From Squalus acanthias (lineage: Eukaryota), in the NCBI GenBank assembly GCA_030390025.1, contig CM059432.1, forward strand, positions 107,634,001-107,698,000: a stretch of DNA of 64,000 bases. Reading direction: 5' to 3'. This document shows positions 13,501 to 25,914 of the stretch, one piece after another. A program made the translations under genes and the position numbers. Each line of letters starts with the position of its first letter. Positions within the stretch are counted from its first letter, which is position 1. Under the pieces are notes generated by a model. That model had not been told where the DNA came from. It made no database searches and saw only the letters and a program-made list of their open reading frames with translations.

Positions 13501-16500
13501 GGGAACGGTAGCATCGTGGTTATGTTACTGGGCTAGTAATCCAGAGGCCTGGACTAATGATCCAGAGACATGAGTTCAAATCCCACCATCCCACCATGGC
13601 AACTGGGGAATTTAAATTCAGTTAAATAAATAAATTTGTAATAAAAAGCTAGTGTCAGTAATGGAGACCATGAAACTATCGAATTGTCGTAAAAACCCAT
13701 CTGGTTCACTAATGCCCTTTGGGAAGGAAATCTGCCGTCCTTACCTGGTCTGGCCTATATGTAACTCCAGACCCACAGCAATGTGGTTGACTCTTAACTG
13801 CTCCTCCAAAATGGCCTAGCAAGCCACTTAATTGTAACAAACCACTACGAAAAACAATAATAAGAATAAAACCAGACGAATCGACCTAGGCACCGGCTTT
13901 GGACATGACAATGGCACACCCAGCCCAGTCGACCCTGCATAAATCCTCCTGACTAACATCTGGGGACTTGTGCCAAAATTGGGAGAGCTGTCCCACAGAC
14001 TAATCCAGCAACAACCTGATATAGTCATACTCACTGAATCATATCTTTCAGCCAATGTCCCATCATCATCCCTGGGTATGTATGTCCTGGCTCACTGGCA
14101 GGACAGACCCACCAGAGGTGGTGGCACAGTGGTATAAAGTCAGGAGGGGGTGGCCCTGGGAGTCCTCAACATTGACTCCAGATCCCATGAAGTCTCATGG
14201 CTTCAGGTCAAGCAATGGGCAAGGAAACCTCCTGCTGAGATTACCTCCGTCAGCTGATGAATCAGTACTCCTCCATGTTGAACACCACTTGGAAGAAGCA
14301 CTGAGGGTAGCAAGGGCACAGAATGTACTTTGGGTGGGGGACTTCGATGTCCATCACCAAAAATGGCTCGGTAGCACCACTACTGACCGAGCTGGCTGAA
14401 TCCTGAAGGACATAGCTGCCAGACTGGGCCTGCGACAGGTGGTGAGAAACGGCTGAGCGCACTAGATACAACAAAGGCTATGGGCCCCGACAACATCCCA
14501 GCTGTCGTGCTGAAGACTTGTGCTCCAGAACTCACTGCACCCCTAGCCAAGCTGTTCCAGTACAGCTACAACACTGACATCTACCCGACAATGTGGAAAA
14601 CTGCCCAGGTATGTCCTGTCCACAAAAAGCAGGACATGTCCCATCCCGCCAATTACCGCCCTGTAAGGGTTTTGACCCGTGTGGCTCTGTGCTCAGCCTG
14701 GGTGCTAGTGCGAGGTTAGGCCTTGTTGCCTGTTCTGGTCTCCAGCCAGTCTGGAAGCACTAGACGCCTGTGAGTGGTTCGACCCACTCGCCCTTACGGT
14801 TCTGACACTGGACTTAGATGCGAGAGCAATAATGGAGAGAAAACTCAGGTAGACCCGGTTGAATGGTACGAAATGGAAAATCTTTATTGCATATTATTCA
14901 AGATTATGAAATACATGTCATAAGCACAGATTAATGACAGTACAATCTTACACGCAGTTATGTAACTAATTTCAGGGAAACGAGGAACGAACGACACATC
15001 GTAAATGGGGGCACACATTACAGTTATCCTTAAAACTTAAACCCTCCCCTATCAATACCTGCTCTAAACTAGATTTGTAGGATCGAGACTCATGCTCACC
15101 ACTCGTGATAACTCGGAGAATTCCGAAAACTCTGCTCGGATGTTTTTACCGCAGCACCTGATCACCCACGTGTTGATCAGGGGTCTCTGTACCCCACTTG
15201 TTTACTCGTTTCTGCTCCGGCTAGCAGGCTGGACCGTCTGCTGTCATGAAGATCTGTGTTGTCCTCGGAGTTCCGATACTACTCAAAAAAAAAATCTTCC
15301 TGTGCCCTCGCCCTGATGCGATAAAACTCGAAGAATGGTCTTCCGATGCCAGTTCTGTAGAACTCAAAAGATAGTCTTCCTGGGCAAGGAAAGTGTCTAT
15401 TCGACCTACAGGCGCGGTCGGGGCTTACTGACCGTGGCGATACGTATGGTCGTCTTCTTCTCATCTCATCTCATCTCATCTCGGGCCTTCGGTTCCAACA
15501 CCGTTTACCGACTTCTCGGGATGGTGTGCCCGTTTCAAGGCTTCACAGCCCAGTTCTACACAGATCTTCGCGGCAAGCCACGAGGCTGATCCTGGCGGAT
15601 CAGAAAGTTCAACAGTCTTTAAGAGCTGCAAGAGGCAGAGGCACGATGCAAGCGGCAAGAGGCAGGAGAATAAGAGAAAGATGGACGGTTGTAGTTTACA
15701 GTTATAGTGCTGAAACTCTTCTTTTCCCGCCCAACCTTAATGTCTTTTCTTTTGTTAGGGTTTTGGCGCTCAAATTTCTTGTATAGGGTGATCTCCGTTT
15801 TAATGGGTTTCGGGGATACTTGTAACTGTCTGAGTACCTGTTAATATTTTTCCCATTGTGTAACCGGTCAGTATTCTCCCTGGAGGGGTTTTGGGGCTTC
15901 CAAATGTTTTCTGTAACTACCCGCAAACGGCTCTCTCATCGTAGAGTCGTGGGGATTTTGCATATTAATGTCTTTGGATGGGTTCTTGATCACTTGGTAC
16001 AATAGCCCTTATTCGCACCTGGGAGACCGATTTCAGTATTTATGTGTATACTGCAAACCCATAATGTCTCGCGTATTATCTCAAATGTGCTGAGTCTTGA
16101 TCGATCTCGCACAAATGTTTATTGGAACGCCATCTTGTCTGCTTATCGAAAAGTCTAGAATGTTCTGCCACGAGGCGTGGCGGCCATTTTACAGGCTGCT
16201 TGTGTCCACTTAGAAAACCTGACAGCATTCTGCTGAAATAAAGCTGTTTGAACGAAACTATGTGTTTTCTCCTTATTTATAAAATCGCGATTATATTGCG
16301 AATTCTACAGCCCCATCAGTCTACTCTCAATCATCAGCAAAGTGATGGCAGGTGTTGTCGACAGTGCTATCAAGTGGCAGCTGCTCACCGATGCTCAGTT
16401 TGGGTCCTGCCAGGACCACATGATTACAGCCTTAGTCCAAACATGGACAAAGGAGCTGAATTCCAGAGGTGAGAGTGACTGCCCTTGACATCAAGGCAGC

Positions 16501-16705
16501 ATTTGACTGAGTGTGGCATCAAGAAGCTCTAGTGAAACTGAAGTCAGGGGGGAAACTCTCCACTGGCTGGAGTCATACCTAGCACAAAGGAAGGTGGTTG
16601 TTGGAGGTCAATCATCTCAGCCCCAGGAGTTCCTCAGGGCAGTGTCCTAGCTTCATCAATGAACTTCCCTCCAACATAAGGTCAGAAATACGGATGTTCG
16701 TCAAT
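13501..16705 (+). mobile_element. tRNA/LF-SINE-headed APE-RT LINE, copy 1 (internally deleted, 3'-truncated, interrupted by a solo LTR)
   Basis: Head with A box TAGCATCGTGG and B box GAGTTCAAATCC, then an LF-SINE-like body, then LTNIWGLVPKLGELSHRL (APE) and GPDNIPAVVLKTCAPEL. Collinear with 47672-50929. Confidence 0.85.
14662..16309 (-). mobile_element. solo LTR, 1648 bp
   Basis: TGTA...TACA termini and 4-bp TSD GCCC (14658-14661, 16310-16313); the host LINE rejoins perfectly. On the minus strand: TATAA at 15702-15706 and AATAAA at 14883-14888. Confidence 0.8.
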
Positions 16706-17494
16706 GAAAATAAATATCAGGAGAATTGTAAAATGGGCTGCCGATTGGCTATCACCTGTTTTACACTAGCACACTAAGTCAAGATCTACCCCACTAATTC
16801 AAATGGCCCTGCACTCAACAGGCATTAGCATGTTAATCTACTTCTGTTCCACAGGGTCAAACTATAGATGAATATTAACATCTTCAGCATAATGTATATT
16901 CTCTGCAAATATTAGCTAGCAGTAACCAGATTCAACCCTGTGTGTTCTATGACCCAAAAAGAAGGAAAATAATTTACAGAAAAGGAATGTTTCATTGTTG
17001 TTACAAGCATTTAGAGAGATGTTGTGGGCTTGACTATCCCACGCTCGCAGCTGAAGAAGATGGGCTGGATGTGAGGGGATAATGTGGGCCAAATCACAGT
17101 CCGAAAGGATCAGATTTACTTGTTTTCATTGACTGAGCCCTTAATACAGGAAGTTTACATATTTATCTATAATTACACTGCTGTATATGTTGCCGTCATA
17201 AGAAGCAACATAAGAGGCTGGTGATGTAACTGTCTATCAGTCTTCCACTGGACAAGCACACATTATTTCCTTTTCTCCTTGTGTGCCTCTCTATGTACAT
17301 GTGATAATTCGGCCAAGGCAAGGTTAGAGTGACACACTGATCAACACTGGGGTGAAGAGAATACAAACAGGACATCCTGAGCAGTACAGTCTGAGGAATT
17401 CAGTCGCACTGAGTTAGAAGGTGATACATAAATGTTTAAGGACAATGCTACCAGACCAGGCACTGTTTGGGAATCAGTTTACTAGTATAGAGAG

Positions 17495-18361
17495 TCGGTG
17501 TAATTTTAACCCCCAAAAACAGGTGGGTTTGGTTCGGGTGGGAAGTTAAAATGTTAAAAATCATGAAACCTTTTAAGCAGGCTGTGTGCCTCCAATTTAA
17601 CAGGATTTCTATTTTTAACCACAGTTGGCGGGCTTCCTGGATGCAAGAAGGGCTGGATTCATCAGATAAGTGCCTTTACAATACTGCTCATGGGTCAGGA
17701 GGAGCAGGAGTGTTTCCTCCAGGGCTAACAAGCTTACCTGTAAGCAACCCCTCACCTCCATGATCATCCCCAAACACCCCCCCACCCCCGACAAGCTTAC
17801 CTGTAAGCAACCCCTCACCTCCATGATCATCCCCAAACACCCCCCCACCCCCGATCACTGACCCCCCATCTCCGACCCCACTCCGATCTCTGACTCTTCC
17901 CCCAACTCCCCATCCTCAATCTCCAATCCCCCGATCTCTCCCCGATCTCTGGCCCCGATCTCCGACCCCCAGCCAAGCTCTCCCCGACCCCCATTCTGAT
18001 CTCTCTACGACCCCCCAAATTCTGTCCCCAATCTCCGACCCCCCACAGATCTCTACCTGATCCCCCCCGATCTTCCAACCCCCCCCGCGATCACCCCTGA
18101 TCCTCACAACCATGCTCCGCCCATCCCCGTGATCTCTACCCCCAACATGCACTAAACTTACCAGCTCCTGGGCTGCGGCCTTTTCTGGAGCGTTCCCTGC
18201 CCAACAGGCGGCCAAGCCTGTCAATCAGGCTGGCTTCCAGGCGGGGCATCTGTTAAAAAAAAGCATGCACTCTATGGAATTAAAATTTCTGGTGTTCCCG
18301 ACCATAAATCGTCACACCCCGCCCCCCGCTACGAAACCGGGCTTCAGTAAATATCGTAGCC
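17495..18361. mobile_element. degenerate non-autonomous DNA element with an internal tandem duplication and a CCCCGATC low-complexity tract
   Basis: The subterminal AATTTTAACCCCC motif is shared with other MITEs; duplicated unit at ~17728-17853. Confidence 0.45.
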
Positions 18362-19098
18362 AATTTGAATAATAGAGATCCATTTCTGTTCGGTTTCATT
18401 AGATACTAAAATGAAAATGTACTACAACTTGCACCACACTCTTTGCATAAATTAAAGCATATGCTTTAACTTGAACATCTCAAGTACATTTAATCAATTA
18501 TTTGGGTGGGTGGACTTTAAGTTACCCTGATTCCTGAGACACAAGCCTCAAAGCATACGGTCGCCTGGAAAAATCCTGAGAGTTGATTGGGAGGGATGTT
18601 CAAATAGATCTATATTTCATTCAGTGCCTACATCCTAATCTGAAATCTCAATGTAAATTGGAGGCTGTGGATTGGGCAGCGTACAAGCTAATAGAATTAA
18701 CAGCTGTGCTGTGTCCAAGTTACTGAGACATGCATTAGCTATTGTTTGTCATTAATCATGGTTTGTAACATTGGAATATGTCACTGAAGCTCTCTCATTT
18801 TGGTTGTAAATTAAAGAGCAAAATGCTGCTTAACTATGCTCAGGGTCTTTGGCCGTTGGGCCTCACAGCAGAACTAAACTGACCAATCCAGCTGCAGCTC
18901 TCAATCTTACCCTCCCTGAGTAGTCATCATGTAGTCTCATACAGCTGCTTCACATTGCTGAGGAAAAGCTGCTGTTTTGGTCCTATGTTTGTAAGAGAGA
19001 GAGAAAGAGAGAAAAAATGGATATGTTTTCTGAAGAGGAGTCTGTGGACAGTGGTACATAAACATATATTTAACTCTTCACAGGATCATAGAGTATTA

Positions 19099-19521
19099 CA
19101 GCTTTGTCCAATACATTAGCCACTAGCCACATGTGGCCAATTGGGAATCCAGATGTGACTAATTGCAAGTCTGATTAGTAAATAAAAAAATGAGTAATAG
19201 ACACCGTTGTTGGGCATGTGATCTCAATACTCATATTCGTACGATGTATGCATGTGCAATTTAACCCTTTTGTGCGTTTGTTGGTAAAATGGTAAGACAA
19301 AAAGTAGAGTGTGCGAGTGTTTTTTTGATCGTTGTGAGTGCTTTACCTCCTTGGTTACTGAATGTTACTATTTGTTAAGTGAATATACAAACATGAAGTA
19401 CATTTACCTGTATGTGTGAGTGTGTGTACGGCATTTTCTACTGAAATTCATGCATGTGGCTAAAATGGTGTCGGCGTAGCCACACCTGTAGCTAATCAGC
19501 GATTTCTATTGGATAACACAG
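19099..19521. mobile_element. hAT/Charlie (MER3-like) MITE remnant
   Basis: CAGCTTTGTCCAATA...TAGCCACTAGCCACATGTGGC resembles the Charlie1/MER3 end as I recall it. Imperfect right TIR TATTGGATAACACAG; no clear TSD. Confidence 0.45.
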
Positions 19522-20496
19522 GCATATCACAGTTGGATACGTTTTATGCTGATAAGTCTGTGCTCTGGTGGGAAAACTAAGTAACATAAAATTCCCTCAG
19601 AGTCGCGACATTTACCAATCATTACGCTAACAGTGCTGTGTAAGAGAGTTGCTGAGTACCACCCCACAGAGCTTCTTCGAGTTTTTGCTGAGTACCAGCC
19701 AGTTCAGTGAAAAGACTGTCCTTGTAAGACTTAACGGCATGAAGCAAAATTCAAATGCCTGAGAGAGTTATTAAGGCCTTTCCTGAATGGTTTATTTTCC
19801 TTGGATGCAATTCTGGAATTTGCAAAGAGCTCATTGACGGTCTGTTTCTAAGAAAGAACACGGCAGATCTAACTCGGGGAGAAGCATGGCCTATTTTTTT
19901 TTTTAGAGATTGCTAAGTTCAGTTCTAATAAGTTTTTTAAGTTTCTTGGTTGTGGGAATGCACACTGCTGTGTACTCATGAAACACAAAGGGCATCGATT
20001 TTCCCCTTGACTTGCTTGGGCATCCAACATCACCCTCTCAGGTTGCAAAAAGGAATGTCTGGCGGGCAGGACTACGCCACCTTCACAGAACCTGCTGGGT
20101 TTTCTGTTCGTTAAAAATAATGGAAGGAAATTCCAGCAGGTTCTGTGAAATGAGTGCATCCTCTCCACCAGATTTCCCTTTCTGTGCTCCACCCAGATGT
20201 TGCTCAATGCTTAGCTGCTGAAAATGGTGAAAATCGCTGACAAGATGCCTGTGGATGAACTGTTTATGTACCGCCCTTTCTCTGCTCTGTTGCTGTTTTT
20301 CACTGTGTACACACACAACAATGATTTATCCTATCAGCAAACTAATGAAAGCCCAAATAACAGATGATTGAGATTGATGATAAACACGCAGTGTTTATGT
20401 GGTCTGATTTTTGTATAGTTTTCATATGGAACAACAATAACTTCCATTTGAACAGCACCAGTCACGTAATTAAACATCCCAAGGCACTTCACGTTG

Positions 20497-20800
20497 GAGA
20501 GAGACAGACTGAGCGGTAGAGGATTTGGGAGAGAGAGACAGACTGAGCGGTAGAGGATTTGGGAGAGAGAGACAGACTGAGCGGTAGAGGATTTGGGAGA
20601 GAGAGACAGACTGAGCGGTAGCGGATTTGGGAGAGAGAGACAGACAGACCTTTGGTAGAGGATTTGGGAGAGAGAGATGGAGAGACAGACTGAGTGATAC
20701 AGGATTTAGGAAAAAGACAGACTGAGCATTAGATAATTTGAGAGCGTGGCACACCAAATGGTAGAGAATTTGGGAGACAGAGGGACTGTAGAGGATTTGG
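20497..20800. repeat. ~34-bp minisatellite (GAGAGACAGACTGAGCGGTAGAGGATTTGGGAGA) within a minus-strand L2 remnant
   Basis: Four near-perfect units, then decaying units; flanked by L2-tail-like sequence at ~20430-20495. Confidence 0.85.
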
Positions 20801-21039
20801 GAAATTAGGCGAAAGGTACAATCGAAAAGGTTGGTTTTGAAAGGCAGGCAAGTGAAGATGTTTATGGAGGTAGCTCCAGAGGGTGGGCCCAAGACGGCAG
20901 AAAGTTCTGCCAACAAGTAAGAAAGGGAAGTGCACAGGATTGAGAATCTGTTGGGAAAGAATATCAAGAAAGCAATGAAAGTTCATTCTTATTGCAACCA
21001 GACTAGAAATATAACTTTGATAATGGAAACACCAAAACA

Positions 21040-21312
21040 CACCATTGGTTTGCCTGTACCACCACTCCACCATTGGTGGCCATGCCTTCAGCTGCCGAGG
21101 CCCTAAGCTTTGGAATTCTCTCCCTAAACCTCTCTGCCTCTTCTCCTTTAAGACACTCCTTAAAACCTACCTCTATGGCCAAGTTTTTGGTCATCTGTCC
21201 TAATTTCTCCTTATGTGGCTTGGTGTCAAATTTTGTCTGATTACGCTCCTGTGAAGCGCCTTGGGATGTTTTACTATGTTAAACACGCTATATAAATGAA
21301 AGTTGTTGTTGA
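21040..21312 (+). mobile_element. L2 3' end
   Basis: Matches the 3' end of 12180-13434, including the (GTT)n tail. Confidence 0.85.
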
Positions 21313-21789
21313 TATTGTTGAATGGCTGACTCCAGTTACAGATTAGAATGAGTTGTAGTGCTACAATGGAACTGTAGAAGTGGTACCTGAAAGTCAAGCA
21401 GTACTGGCGATAAGGGCGAACGGCAGAGACTCCCACTGAAATTCCTCGCTGCCAAACGCTCCCGCCTGTCACGGTTACAGTGCGACCTTGCCTCAGGGTG
21501 ATGCAGTCATTTTCTGGCATTGCAGCGGTGCTTGGGACAAAATGTGGCCCTGCTCTGTTGGCAACGCACGCTAGCTGCAGACATCACTGCAGCTGGCTTT
21601 TAAATATTAACAATAAAGCCTCAGATGGCCCGGTGCAGTATCTTTCCTTTTTTATTGATGATCAAAAGACCTGAAACTCCTGTCAACTCCCTTTCAATCC
21701 ATCAGCAATTTTACCAGCAATCAGAGGCTGGTACAAGTTTCGGCCAAGGCTTAGAGGACAGGTGTGAGGAGGTCTGCCTTTCCTCCAAA

Positions 21790-22130
21790 AGTAGAAAGGA
21801 TGGGACAGGGTAGACAAGAAGAAGACTGTTTCCTCTCGTTGAGTGGTCAAGAACAAGATACAAGATTAAAAGTAAGAGATTTAGACAGAGGGCAGGAGAA
21901 TCTTCTTCACACAGAGAGCTGTGAGGCTGTGGAATTCACTTCCAGGGTTAATGGTTGAGGCAGAAACGATGTCAATGTTCAGGATTGGATTGGATAGGCG
22001 GATGAAGGAAAATGGGGTTGAAGCCATATGGGAACAGGATGGGAAAATGTGATTAGCACTATTTGCTAGCGTGGAGGGTAAACACTGACATGGACTAGTT
22101 GGGCCGAAGGGCCTGTTGTAACTTCTATGT
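21790..22130 (+). mobile_element. old CR1 3' fragment
   Basis: TTCTTCACACAGAGAG...TGGAATTC and GGGCCGAAGGGCCTG CR1 3' UTR motifs. Confidence 0.65.
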
Positions 22131-22679
22131 ATTTTAATATATTATTACAATCAACGGGTACAAAAGTTTTCAGGAATATCCCTTACACCACTGTTAAGGA
22201 GACACTCAATTCTTGGTAGCAACAGTACGAGCACCGCTGGCCAGGAGACTGAGGGTTTATACTAATATGGTATAAGAGGGTAGATTTCCAAGTCTCTGAC
22301 CGCCACAAGTGACTTTTCAATACACGCTTACAGCAGGAGGGGTGTACCTTCCGCACCATCTGTTGATCCCCTTCCTGAGGGAACACGAAGGGGAAAATTT
22401 CATGAGTTAGCGCGAGGGAGGGAATTCAGGTGCAGAAGGAATTCAGATGATTTCCTGATATCTAAACCCCGCTCTGGGCCATGGTCATACAAATACAAAA
22501 TGTAGCCTTTAGTGACTAATTTATGGGAGATAAAGGAGATGCCGAGTGACTTCTCAGTTTTGTTGTAGAATAGCCCTGCTGTGCAAATCACTGCCACAAT
22601 AGACTAAATTGCTTGACTGACTAAATGAAAGAGAAATAATTTGCATTCATAGAGCAAATAGCAGATGCCTACCTGCCCT

Positions 22680-23092
22680 TCCTCCCCCACACTCCCGCGC
22701 CATGGAATCCTTTCCTCTTTACCAGATTTTCCATGCTTTGCTCCCCTCTGCTATTCTGCTGTAACCATTTACACCTCCTTTGGACCCGTCTTTTGTTTCT
22801 ATACTTGTCCCATTATCACCTCATTTTTCCTTGCACCATCACTTTTGTCATTTAATCATTCCTGCCCTCCATCTTACTTTTTTTTGTTCTATTCCTGCCC
22901 CCTTTTCCCTGGCTCTGCACTTGCTAAATGCTCTAATCTTATCTCGAACACCTTCCAGTTCTGACGAAAGGTCATCAACCTGAAACGTTAACTCTGTTTC
23001 TCTCTCCACAGATGCTACCTGACCTGCTAAATGTTTTCAGCATTTTCTATTTTTATTTCAGATTTCCAGCATCTGCAGCTTTTTGCTTTTGC
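22680..23092 (+). mobile_element. Penelope 3' end / pseudo-LTR fragment
   Basis: Homologous to the pLTR at 43587-43936 and contains the hammerhead motif. Confidence 0.8.
22957..22993 (+). ncRNA. minimal type I hammerhead ribozyme (Penelope-associated)
   Basis: AGTT-CTGACGA-stem II (AGGT/ACCT)-GAAACGTT-AACT. Confidence 0.75.
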
Positions 23093-23885
23093 ATTTATAT
23101 AGTGCCTGTTAACGTCCTCAGGACATCCCAGAGTGCTTTGCAACTGCTGTATTAGTTCTGAAGTGCAGTCACTGATGTCGAGGCTGAGAACATAATCCAG
23201 GCTGACACTTCACCGCAGTATTGAGAGAACACTGCAGCGATGGAGGTGACACCTTTTGGACGAGACGTTAAACTGAGGCCGCGTTTGCCTGTTCAGCTGG
23301 GACATGAAAGATCCCATGGCACTTTTTCGAGGAAGGGTAGTTCTCCCATGTCCTGTTCAACATTCATCACTCAGCCAACACCACCATAACAGATTACCTG
23401 GTGATCGGTCTTATTGCTGTTTGTGGGACCTTGCCGTGTACAAATTGTATTTGTCTACCTAACAGTGATTACACATTAAAAATAATTAATTGGCTAGAGA
23501 AGCACGTTGGGACATCCTGAGGACACGAAAGGCACTATAAAAATTGCAGTAGGCAAACACAACCACCAATTTGCATCCAACAAATTCCAACAGACAGGAA
23601 ATTAATGAATGGAAATTAATTACCAGTTTATCTCTTTTTTGGTTGAGAGCAATTTTGGCCAGGACACAAGGAGAACTTCCAGCTCTTCTTCAAGGATGTC
23701 CACCTGAGACGACAGACAGGGCCTCAGTTTAGCGTCTTATTTGATAGTTGACACCTCCAACAGTACAGCATCCCCTCAGTACAGTACTGAACGTGTCAGC
23801 CTAGATTATGTGCTCAAGTTTTGCAGTTGGGCTGAAATGCACATTCTTCTGACTCATAAGCGATAGTGCTACCATTGAGCCAAAC
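23093..23885. mobile_element. two nested Deu-domain SINEs (SacSINE1/AmnSINE1-like): plus copy ~23185-23545 inside a minus copy
   Basis: Core AAAGATCCCATGGCACT...CAGATTACCTGGT...TTGCTGTTTGTGGGACCTTG and an L2-type tail, on both strands. Confidence 0.75.
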
Positions 23886-24160
23886 TCGGCCCTGTTATTT
23901 ATTTATAAGTGTTCATTTGGCTGCTACCCAGTTAAGTGTCGTTACCACCATCCTTAGTTTACATCGAAGGCATGAATCCAACATCCATGTATCCCTTAAA
24001 AAGAAATAGGAAAGGAATACTACAAGTAACAAGTTAACCTTATACATTGAAATCTCCATAACAAGTCCAAGTCTGTACTCCACACTTTACAGTCACCACC
24101 AAATTGTTGATTCACATTAGTTACCCTCATGCCTTTGCAGGACCAAATTTAAGAGGTGAT

Positions 24161-24309
24161 GGGGTAGATCTTGGCTTTGTGCGATAGTGTAAAATGGATG
24201 ATAGTCAATCAGCAGCCCATTTTACATCTCTCCCTAATTTTATTCCCGGGAGAAATATAAAATGGGCTGCTGACTTGCTACACTATCGCACAAAGTCAAG
24301 ATCTACCCC
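24161..24309. mobile_element. hairpin MITE
   Basis: TIR GGGGTAGATCTTG.CTTTGTGCGATAGTGTA / TACACTATCGCACAAAGTCAAGATCTACCCC; a half copy lies at ~16720-16792. Confidence 0.85.
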
Positions 24310-24898
24310 AGTGACCTGAGACTTTAACTGGGGACTTTGCTGCTCACTGTGTACAGATTTTTTTTAACGTTTTGTCAAATTGTAGCACTTTGGGATTCCA
24401 AAGAGATTCTCACTTCTGATATAACAGTAACCATTTCACCTAATTCATATCACCAGGAATGATATGCTGATCATAAATACATGGAGTAGTTAAAGGGACA
24501 TTCCCTTCACATAAACTTGTTTACAAACCTTTTTGTTTTGTTTAAGGAAGAAGAGATAGAAAAAAAGCCAGGTTATATTTTCATGATGATGAGATGAGCA
24601 AATGACAAAATGGTACCCGATCACATGGTTTGTGTCATCATGTTGCGCATATTTAAGTAAACTAAAACAGGTAAGGAAGTGACACGTTGCAGATGTTGTG
24701 GACTATGAATTTGTCAGTTTGCAGCATCTATACTCTCAACTCATTCCTTTCAGGTACTAATCAGTCCTTTTTAGTGTATGGATGCTTGACAATGCTTGTT
24801 TCCAACACCATGAAAAGGGGTTAGGAATGAAAGTTGGAAAAATCAGAAATCGGAGCTCTTTAATAGTCATAGAAATGTTCGTATCTAGATATATTAAT

Positions 24899-25119
24899 AA
24901 TCTTAATTCGGTGCACACTCCCTGTCTTCTTATTCTTATTATAAATTCCTATGTCCACACTTTTAATGGAAACAGCCTATGTAAACATGTCACGCTGTAA
25001 TTACAACCTCCCGCCAGTGGAGCTGCCGCAAGTTTAACACTGACAGTTTTCATTATAATTGAGGACATAGGAATTTATAATGAAAGAAGTTGACAGAAAA
25101 TGTGCACTGAGGTAAGATT
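24899..25119. repeat. long imperfect inverted repeat (old hairpin element)
   Basis: 19-bp perfect arms at 24938-24956 and 25063-25081, plus outer arms at 24899-24917 and 25101-25119. Confidence 0.8.
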
Positions 25120-25914
25120 TTTAATTTATTACCAGCATTATATATTTTTTTGACTTAAGACTTGTGAGACTACCACTTCGGATTGATTACTGCAGACTGG
25201 GTTTCTCCTTGTTGGAAGGGAGGCCAAGGTGATATGTCTGGCTAAAGGCAGTTTCAGATGTCTCAGTCACCTGATGTGAGACTCGGATAGCCCCAACTGT
25301 ACAAACAAAGGGCTCTGAAAGATTAGACATAGAACAGGCAAGCATCGTAAAACGATACCAGTGACCTGTTTAGGCTCACTCCAGCCAGGAAATTACCATG
25401 GCTTGTGGATAGGGTTGCCAACTCTGATTGGACGTATTCCTGGAGATTGCATCACATGACCTCGATTTTCCAGCTGCCCCATCCGGTCAAATGGCTTTTT
25501 CCCCATCTCCTATATTTTTATAACTAATAAAGAACAGTGGTTAAAGAAAATGAAATAAAACATTTTTTTTAATGCCCCTACGATTTATTGAGGACTTTGA
25601 TTGACAGCTCCATGACTACGCAGTGAAATACATTCAGACAGTTGAGCAGTTCTTCTATTGAACTGGAAGTGAACACATGAAGTCCCTATGGGGGGCACAT
25701 AGTCTCACCTATATATTTTGTGTTACTGATGCTGGTCCAGGATCAATGTTACTGGGAAAGCATTGTGCCTTTTATTGCTCTGGTGAGCTTTACGTTGTGA
25801 CTTAATGCAAGCTGCTATTACAGTCTTGCTACTGTTCAATTTTAATAAACCTGATTTGAAGCCCAAATCAGATGGTTTGACAAAACAATTGTGCTTCTGT
25901 TATCCAAAGGCTAC

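Noticed and set aside
13501..13590. Functional tRNA gene (also considered at 47672 and 52192)
   Set aside because: A and B boxes are present, but these are retroposon heads continuing into repeat bodies, without a convincing cloverleaf.
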